DNA of 62,998 nt, the filler included, from Octopus bimaculoides (Eukaryota): assembly GCF_001194135.2 (NCBI RefSeq). It is 6 parts of 6 records of this genome, joined end to end, with 100 filler letters (N's around TTAATTAATTAA, not from the genome) between each part and the next. Parts side by side here need not be neighbours in the genome. Positions count along the whole stretch, not along the records: positions 52,715 to 60,744 come from NC_068981.1; positions 60,845 to 62,998 come from NC_068997.1; 4 more parts are not named here. One strand, written 5' to 3'. The number at the start of each line of letters is the position of its first letter. Within the stretch, counting starts at the first letter, position 1. The notes beneath the pieces were generated by a model. That model saw only the letters and a list, made by a program, of their open reading frames with translations, was not told where the DNA came from and made no database searches. The position numbers and the translations under genes were made by a program. Positions 54,960 to 62,998 of the stretch are shown here, piece by piece.

Positions 54960-55880
54960 ACTCTCTTAAATGCCTGGCTGACTCACCCAGCCATTGAAAG
55001 TGTTTTTTCATGCTGGGGAACAGATAATAGATAGGGCCAAATCAAGAGAATAGGAAGGGTGATCAACCATTTCAAAATCACAGTCACGTACTGCAGCCAC
55101 TGAAACCAAGGACTTGTATGCTGGAGCATTGTACTAATGAAACAAAATCCCTTTCATCAGTTTCCCTGTGCGTTTGGTCTCGATAGCCTTTCATAACTAC
55201 CTCAGCAAGTTGTCATTATACTCTTCATTGATGGTGAGACCCTTTTGAAGATAGTCAATAAACAGAATGCCATTTGCATCTCCAAAAAAACTGAGATCAT
55301 CACGTTTCCATCTGATGAAACATTGGCTTCCCTTGGAGTAGGTGAGGAGGGGTGTTTTCTCTACATGGATTCTCTCATCTCTGGCTCAAAGTGATGAACC
55401 CAACACTCATCCTGGCTTAGATTTTCCTGTGATGTGATTAGCCTAGTCTGCTTTTGATCAGATGTCAGATATGGCACCTAATGAACAGAAACCGTAATCA
55501 TGCCAAGTTTGCTAATAGCATTGTCTGTTTGATTTGTAGTTAATTGCCTGTCATCCATCACCATGTGGTGAACAAGATCAATGTTTTCCTTGGTGGTGGC
55601 AGTAGCAGGATGTCCAGATCTTGGGTCATCTTCAAAACTCTACCTTCCCCTCCTAAATTCAGCTGCTCACTTTTGTACTGTTGATAAAGCTGGAACACCA
55701 TCCTCCAATGTAGCAACCATGTCAGTATGAATGCTTTTGAAGGCTAAAATCTTTTTCTGCAGGTACTTGATAACACCACAATGCCAAAGTTTGTCCATTT
55801 TCAGGAGAAATTGCTACTAGTTAGTTTTGAAGTCTTCTTTGAGCAGTCAGATATCAGTTTATCTGGAAAGGAACAATGCA
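54960..55880 (-). mobile_element. Mariner-family (D34D-type) transposase remnant
   Basis: From ATG 55798: MDKLWHCGVIKYLQKK...FEDDPRSGHPATATT, QDECWVHHFEPE and VDHPSYSLDLALS. Internally deleted; TIRs not resolved. Confidence 0.85.
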
Positions 55881-55974
55881 ATTATTAATAAGAAGGGTTA
55901 AAATTAATGCATGCTAAATTTCACAGCTTTTGCATCACTCCTTTGTAGCCAGCCTATGAAATTTTCAGCCCACC

Positions 55975-57139
55975 CTTGTACTTCAGTCATTAGACTGGCC
56001 ATTCATGGGCACCACTTTGAGGGGGTTTTAGTCAATCAACTGAACACCAGTACTTATTTTTCTAAACCCTGGTACTTATTTTATTGGTCTCTTTTGCCAA
56101 ACTGTTAAGTTATGGCAATGTAATCAAGCCAACACCAGTTGTCAAGTGGTGATGGGGACAAACAAAAACATATACAGAGTGCAGTGAATAAATTGTCTAA
56201 ATTACGCAAAAATGAAAATAAGACTGACATCTCATCTTAACAGATTTATTTACCAAAATTACATAAAAATATCTTGAAATACTAAAGAGTAAATTTATTC
56301 AATAAATTTGCCATTGGCTTCAACCATGGCCTCCAGATGACTTCGGTATCTCCTGCAGCTCTTCTGGACAGTCTCCTTGTTTGAGTTGGTGAATGGTGCT
56401 ATAATCCTTGCCTTCAGTTCATCTTTGGTATTACAAGAAGTTATTTTGGTCTCTTGCTCAACTGTGCTACATACATAATCAAGGGGCTTGCAGTCTGGGG
56501 AGTTAGGTGGCCAGATGTTAGGGGTGTTGTGGTTGCAGAAATTGTCTGACAGCCATGACTGGGTTGTTTGTGTGGTATGGTGCAATCCTGTTGCCCGACA
56601 TAAGATCTTCCAGCAGCTACCCTCTTGACATAGGCCTCCTTGTTGAGTCTGAGGCTATGTGGGAAGATGAATGGAGGCATAACATCACCATCACTATTGG
56701 TCACTCCAAACACCATGATGTTGACTGGATGTTTGATTTTTATTACTCTTGGTACATGTCCTCAGATTGACACACACTATGAAATGTTCATATTGGAGCT
56801 TCCAGCACGAATGCCATGCAGTGCAGCATATTATTTCCAAATTTCTTGGCAGAGTGAATTGTGTTATGGTGCTGTTTATTTCACAGACGGCGCTCAACTG
56901 ACTCTACTATACTGTAGTCGACGAAATCAAAAACAAACAATGTGCATGTGTGAAATTAGAAATATGAAATGGCAACAATTTACCCATCACACCCTGTATA
57001 TACACACATTGGGCTTCTTTCAGTTTCTGTCTACCAGATCCAGGGCTATATTAGAAGACACTTGCCTACAGTGTAATGCAGTAGCACTGAACCAGTAACC
57101 ATGTGGTTGAGAAGGAAACGTCTTAACACACAGCCACAC
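55975..57139 (-). mobile_element. Degenerate SINE family A split by a Tc1/mariner insertion
   Basis: The 3' half is at 55975-56172 and the 5' half at 57011-57139. The DNA transposon sits in the SINE's internal microsatellite. Confidence 0.7.
56175..56996 (-). mobile_element. Internally deleted Tc1/mariner element (maT/DD37D-like) with TIRs and TA TSD
   Basis: TA-CAGAGTGCAGTGAATAAATTG ... CAATTTACCCATCACACCCTG-TA. Peptides MVFGVTNSDGDVMPPFIFP and WPPNSPDCKPLDY. Confidence 0.9.
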
Positions 57140-57178
57140 ATGTACCTAATATTTATATAATGTATTCATACATACATA

Positions 57179-58411
57179 CAGGATGTCCCAAAATTAAGGC
57201 AACCAACTTATTTCAATTTTGTCAAAGCAAAATATTGATATATTTCAGGCTGCAATGCAGTGGCAAAAGAAACACAATTATGTCACTACCACATCTATTC
57301 AATATGACTACCATTGTTTTGAATCACAGCCTTAAGTCTAGGTGTGAATGCTTCACACATGGCACACAGCTATTCTTGCAGAATTGAAGCCCATTCCTGG
57401 TGGATTTTTGCCTTCAGAGTATCAAGCAAAGCATGATGAGTACTTGAGATCCTCATCTCCAAAATGGACCAAGCAGAAAAATTTAACCGGTTGAGATCGG
57501 GGCTTCTTGAGGGCCATACATCCTTGCATATGAAAGACAGAATGTTTTTCTGAATACAGAGTTTTGTCTGTTTGGAGCTGTGGAATGCTGCCAAGTCCTG
57601 TTGGAGGCTCCAAGATGTACCTTGAAAGTGCTCATTTGCCCATGGAAGCAGTTCAGCTTCCAGAATGTTGCTAACGTATCACTGTGTGTTAATTTTAACA
57701 CCCAAGGGCACAAAAACAAGGGGAGACCATCCAGTGGCTCTCACAAGTGCCCATACCATAACTGACTGTGGATTTTGATGTTGATTTACGAGTCTACCCT
57801 TGACGGAGCCAGTGACACTCCAAAGTCGGTCATTCTGGTGGCTTACTATCTGTTTGATGTCAAATTTCTTTTCATCAGTGAACACCAGGTTGGGCAGTGT
57901 ACCTTCAGCAATCTGACATAGGATAAGATGAATTCTCTCCAGTCTCATGGCCTTATACCTCATGACAGTGAATCCTCCTTTAGCACTCGATACTTTGATG
58001 TTCAGTTTATTTTTGCTGTGGCAGCCAGTTTTCTGACTGAACAATGAGGATTTCTCTTTTCTCTAGTACTTTTGATAAACTGAAGGATTCACACACACAC
58101 TTCTTTTTCAGTCACATCCAGGTTGATCTGCTGAGGAACCAGTTTCTTGAAATTTATTGACAATTTTCCAGACTGTTGTTCAGTTAATTTTAAGCTTTTT
58201 TGCTATAGCTATATTACTTTCACTCCTGTTGTAGAGGATTATGATTGCATTTTGGTCTATAGCCATTATCTAATAAAAATCTGAATTTGTTCTGAAAGAA
58301 AACCAAGACACATTAAGCTTTTATAATGATGTATAATTTTCACATCTTATCACATTTATTGATAGTTATTGAATCCCGAAACTTTGGTTGCTTTAATTTC
58401 AGGACCTCCTG
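57179..58411 (-). mobile_element. Tc1/mariner element, DD37D (maT) type, near full-length with 26-bp TIRs
   Basis: The TIRs CAGGATGTCCCAAAATTAAGGCAACC and CAGGAGGTCCTGAAATTAAAGCAACC differ at 4 positions. Motifs VFTDEKKF and QSVMVW, then QQD plus 37 residues to a mutated D (N) after WPSRSPDLNRL. Confidence 0.9.
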
Positions 58412-58444
58412 TGTATATATATATATGTGGGGGTAGGGGAGGTG

Positions 58445-58912
58445 GTGCACGGACGCGATGTGATCTCTACCCAGTGCTCTGAAGTGAAGGCATTGGATGA
58501 AGCGCGGGCAAACGGCGGGAGTAACTCGGACTCTCTCAAGGGTGAAAACTTCAAGCAAGCGATTATTAGTAGAGAGCAGTGTTTGGATGCTGCTGTGAAG
58601 CGTTGCCGGCTGCTCGCGTGCAGCACCAGCCGTTGATATAGTGTGATTGAAAGGCTGTCGTCATGATATCGACCGCGAGTGTGTGTATCCATGTGTTATG
58701 TTGTGAGGCCGGGACAGCGGTCGATGGCTAAGGTGATGCTCATCGTTGTCATCAGCAGTATCGAGCATGAGTGCGTGCACAAATGCGATGCGATCTCTGC
58801 CCAGTGCTCCAAAGTGAAGATGTTGGACGGAGCACGGGTAAGTGGCAGGAGTAACTTGAACTTTTTCAAGGGTGAAACTTCAAGCAAGCGATTAGTAGTA
58901 GAGAGCAGTGTT
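58445..58912. repeat. Two diverged ~139-bp CpG-rich modules spaced 330 bp apart
   Basis: 58445-58583 and 58775-58912 share GTGCAC...GCGATG...CCAGTGCTC...GGAGTAACT...CAAGGGTGAAA...CAAGCAAGCGATTA...AGAGAGCAGTGTT. Confidence 0.8.
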
Positions 58913-59061
58913 CAGTGTGGGTAGGACCTATACACTATACATACCTCTAGTGGCTCCATCAGACTGTGCACGGCGGTAGTCGTTAGCATCAGGTCTAATA
59001 CAAAAGATGTCACGTGTTTTATGCTCTGTTATATTTTTTATTTGTAATCGTGATAGTGATA

Positions 59062-59935
59062 ACCTACCCCAAAATGTTGATTGATACATCTAAGAAAAAT
59101 AAAAGAGCATCAATTTCTTTGGAGACCAAGATGAATATTTTGGATTGTCTTTGTAAGGGTGAAAGTGTAGCGTCCTTGAGTACAGCTTTCTGCCTGAATG
59201 AAGCTACGATAAGAACGATCAAAGTGAATGATACTGCCGTTAGATGATCTGTAGCTTCTGGAACAAAATTTTCTACCAAGTCGTCATATACAAGGAATAT
59301 AATTCAAGACAAAATGGAGAAAGCTTTAATTTTATGGTTAGAAGAAAACAATCAAAAAAAGGATACCAGTAGATGGTAAAACCATAAAACAGATAGCATT
59401 ACGATTTTACAAGATGATTAATGATCTGGAGTCATCAAGTGCATCACATCTGTCTAGTGATAAAAAGAAGAATAAATTTGCTGCAAGTATGGGATGGCTT
59501 ACAAAATTCCTTGCATAATATAAAAATGAGAGGTGAAATTTCATCGGCAGATAAGACTGCTGCTGAAGAATTTCTTCCAAAACTAGCCAAAATAATTGAA
59601 GAAGGTGGTTATATTTCAGACCAAGTTTTCAACAGAGATAAAACTGGTCTCTCTTGGAAAAAATGCCAAACAGAACATATATAGCAAAATCAGAGAAATG
59701 TGCCAGTGGTTTTAAGGCAGCTGAAGACCATGTAACTTTCTTGTTATGTAACAATGCTTCAGGAGATTGTTTGTTAAAGCCGTTATTAATCGATCAGTTC
59801 GTCTGTGTGCAACGAAAGGTGTAGACTCAAGTAAATTACCAGTTCATTGGAGAGCCAATAAAAAATCATGGATGACAGCAGAAATATTTACTGAATGGTT
59901 TAACAACTGCTTTGCTCCTGAAGTAAAAAGATATA
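59062..59935 (+). mobile_element. pogo/Tigger-family transposase remnant (CENP-B-type HTH plus DDE start)
   Basis: ISLETKMNIL...LNEATIRTI, MEKALILWLE, GEISSADKTAAEEF, DQVFNRDKTGLSWKK, LLCNNASGD and LPVHWRANKKSWMTAEIFTEWF. Frameshifted and 3'-truncated. Confidence 0.9.
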
Positions 59936-60486
59936 TCTTATCTATAAAAGGCAGATTTTTCTGTGTGTGTGTGTATGTTGAAAATTCATACATTTACACA
60001 ATTCCAAATTTCTTGAATGAAAGAATCGGAATTAATATTCTAAATACCATAACTTAGGTCACAGTGTCATTTTTTCCGTCAAAATAACACACAGTTATGA
60101 ATAAAATCCATTAAACTACGCAAAATAACATTTTCCCCCCCAATAGAATCTAATTTCCTCTTTCTACTACCTTTACAAATCCTTTCAACTCCTACTTTCT
60201 CTTCTGAACCTTTACGATTATCCAACAACAAATACAAAAGAAAGGAAGGAAAAACACTGACAGTAAAAGAAAACTCTTTCAGTATCAAAACTGAAACAAT
60301 CACATTTCGATACTGTAATGACAGATACTTTCACTTTAATGGTTTCATTTTCATATTTCGAACTCCGTCCTTCACCATAACAAAAAAAAAAAAAAAAAAT
60401 AGCTACACATCTTTCTCAAATATGATCAACAAACATTTATTCCCTACAAACTGTGAGTTTTTTGGAAAATCTTTTCGTAAATCTTG

Positions 60487-60580
60487 AGATTAACACCCAC
60501 ACGATTACCTACCTAACCCTAACCTTGACCCTAAAACCCTAACCCTAAAACTGTAGTGAAAATCGTGCGGGTGTTAATCT
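60487..60580. repeat. 94-bp hairpin: 20-bp inverted repeats around telomere-like CCCTAA repeats
   Basis: AGATTAACACCCACACGATT and AATCGTGCGGGTGTTAATCT have 1 mismatch. The spacer includes CCTAACCCTAACC...CCCTAAAACCCTAACCCTAAAA. Confidence 0.8.
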
Positions 60581-60656
60581 GAAAATTTAACAATCTTTTT
60601 TAAAACACATTTACTTACTAACATTTTTTTATTTAGTGTGTGTGTGTGTGTTGCCC

Positions 60657-60687
<31 letters not shown>

Positions 60688-60959
60688 AATACACTTAAGA
60701 CTTGTGGGTTGAGAGTTTGATCGGCAGAGGTCATTATTATTATTNNNNNNNNNNNNNNNNNNNNNNNNNNNNNNNNNNNNNNNNNNNNTTAATTAATTAA
60801 NNNNNNNNNNNNNNNNNNNNNNNNNNNNNNNNNNNNNNNNNNNNTGTACAGAAATTATATTATAGAAAAAAATTAAGGAACTCAGAAATCTAGATGTTTG
60901 TACATTTACAGATTTTTATTAATGTCACATGTTTTATAAATTAAATAAAGCGCTTTTCA

Positions 60960-61760
60960 CCTAATCGTGTAGGATTTTCAATACATAAATGGGCTGAAGA
61001 AAACAACATCCAATTTAAAGCAGGTAAATTCCAAGCCCTCTGCTACCAGCTAAGGGGTGCTAACAAAGCGCAACAATGATGCTTTACACCAAAGGGAACA
61101 ACAATCCCAGAGTCATGTACAGTGCTTGATCTGGGGATTAATGAGAGCAACGATGTCTCATTTCAGGTACATATTGCCAAGATGGTGGCAATATACTGGC
61201 AAATGGCTGGCTGGATTCTGAGAATCTTCAGATCAAGGGTTTAGGAAGCTATGGTGGTTTTTATGGAGGACATTTGTACTCCGATGTCTGGGCTACTGCT
61301 CTCACCTGTGGTCACCTTACAGTATGAAATTGATAGCAAAACTTGAGGCACATCAGTGGTGCTGCACCAGGAAGATTTCATCAGTGAAACAGCTGTGCTA
61401 CTTGGAGAGACTGAAAGAGCCATGACTCTACTCCTTGGAGTGAAGACCGGAGAGAAATGCAGTGATATACGAATGGAAGATTCTGGAGGGGCTGGCACCA
61501 AACTGGACGTCACTGCACCGTTCCAAAGGTCTCAGCTATCTCATCTAGAGTGAGGACCATGTACTGTAATAGCTTGGGTTTCAAGGGCCCTCAGCTATTT
61601 AATGCCTTCCCAAAACATCTGAGGGATTTTCATGGAGTGAGGGTTGATGTTTACAAGAAACAACTTGATTCCTGCTATCCAAGGTCCCCGATGAACCAAC
61701 AGAGGGCAACAGAATCGAACACCCTCCTTCATCAAATGGCAATAAGATTGGCCATTGAAA
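60960..61760 (+). mobile_element. CR1-clade LINE 3' portion (RT C-terminus), decayed
   Basis: KWAEENNIQFKAGKFQAL, DLGI, AGWILRIFRSR, YCSHLWSPY, LERLKE..LYSLE and IYEWKILEGL. Confidence 0.8.
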
Positions 61761-61914
61761 CAGTGATTACACTAGCAGTGCTCCAGCATAGCCACAGCTT
61801 TAGGTCTGAAATGTATAAAAAAAATGAAAGAATATAATCTATTATATATATAATACATATTATACATATCATGTATTATATAGGTATTATATATTATGTA
61901 TATAATATACAATA

Positions 61915-62077
61915 GGCGCAGGAGTGGCTGTGTGGTAAGAAGCTTGCTGCCCAACCACATGGTTCTGGGTTCAGTCCCACTGTGTGGAACCTTGGGCAAG
62001 TGTCTTCTACACTAGCCTCGGGTTGACCAAAACCTTGTGAGTGGATTTGGTAGATGGAAACTGACAGAAGTCCATCG

Positions 62078-62118
<41 letters not shown>

Positions 62119-62352
62119 GTATGTATCTAAGTATGTATGTATATATATATTTGTGTGTCTGTGTTTGTCCCCTACCATCGCTTGACAACCTATGTTGGTG
62201 TGTTTACATCCCCATAACCTAGTGGTTCAGCACAAGAGACTGATAGAATAAGTACTAAGCTTATAAAATATAAGTCCTGGGGTTGATTTGTTCGACTAAT
62301 GATGATACTCCAACGTGGCTGCAGTCAAATGACTAAAACGAGCAAAAGAGTA
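61915..62352 (+). mobile_element. Full-length SINE family A
   Basis: Same head, CORE-like segment, internal microsatellite and tail as 20526-20980. Confidence 0.9.
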
Positions 62353-62399
62353 CATAACTATCATATATATATGTAAATGCATATATATTTATATAAATA

Positions 62400-62613
62400 C
62401 AGGGTGACCCAAAAGTAGGTTTTCAGTTATCACATAGGCACTTAAAATTTTTTTTGCAAACATTTTATTACATTCAAATTTCTATCTTACAATTAACTAA
62501 ATTAGCATAGAATAAAGGTTTCCTATTTTTTTTATAATTAAGATCTAAACTTTTAATATAGGAATGCAAAAGAGATAGTTGAATAACCATAAACCTACTT
62601 TTGAGCCAACCTG
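62400..62613. mobile_element. Tc1/mariner-type MITE with TA TSD
   Basis: TA-CAGGGTGACCCAAAAGTAGGTTT ... AAACCTACTTTTGAGCCAACCTG-TA; non-coding. Confidence 0.85.
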
Positions 62614-62633
62614 TATGTGTGTGTGTGTGTGTG

Positions 62634-62679
<46 letters not shown>

Positions 62680-62680
62680 T

Positions 62681-62800
62681 ATATAAAAAGAATAAGATAA
62701 AGAGACCAATGGGATAAGTAAAATTATAATATAAAATAATATAATATAAAAATATAATTTTACTTATGCCATTGGTCTCTTGATTTCATTCTTTTTATAT
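62681..62800. repeat. Short foldback element (28-bp core arms, 1 mismatch)
   Basis: AGAGACCAATGGGATAAGTAAAATTATA (62701-62728) and TATAATTTTACTTATGCCATTGGTCTCT (62753-62780). The arms extend imperfectly outward. Confidence 0.85.
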
Positions 62801-62955
62801 ATACACACACACTAATACACGACCCATGTTATATTCCCCATTCATGTTACAACCACATCTGGGGCTAAACTAGTCGGTATACACCACTTACTTGGTATTA
62901 CTTGTATCTTTAGGGTTTGATTGACTCCATTACCATTCATAACCTTTATATATAC

Positions 62956-62998
<43 letters not shown>

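Noticed and set aside
60507-60550. True telomere or chromosome end
   Set aside because: Only a few imperfect units, internal to the scaffold and enclosed by inverted repeats.

Overview
AT-rich, gapped eukaryotic scaffold. It is most likely an octopus (cephalopod) genome; this is inferred from recognisable tRNA-derived SINE families and extreme microsatellite density, and was not database-checked. I can support no host protein-coding gene, rRNA, functional tRNA or CRISPR array. Most listed ORFs are microsatellite or N-run artefacts. The window is a layered set of decayed transposable elements. Non-LTR retroelements: a near full-length R4/Dong-like LINE plus fragments, four L1/Tx1-like fragments, RTE-like fragments (two 3' ends carrying C2H2 zinc fingers) and a CR1-like 3' part. 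SINEs: at least four families. DNA transposons: a 5-kb cluster of Tc1/mariner/pogo elements, plus MITEs and palindromes. Five artificial 100-bp joins (44N-TTAATTAATTAA-44N) break contiguity. The most interesting signals are relationships between elements. (1) A SINE subfamily's 3' tail matches an L1/Tx1 3' end, and an apparent SINE-LINE chimera joins at the same point. (2) (TAA)n/(TTA)n arrays are used as landing pads by R4/Dong-like and Tx1-like LINEs in opposite orientations. (3) Two independent tandem SINE pairs each have a triplicated 15-bp target site. (4) LINEs carry C2H2 fingers. (5) There is an unexplained 361-bp unit with identical 53-bp ends. All protein-family calls come from motif recognition by eye.
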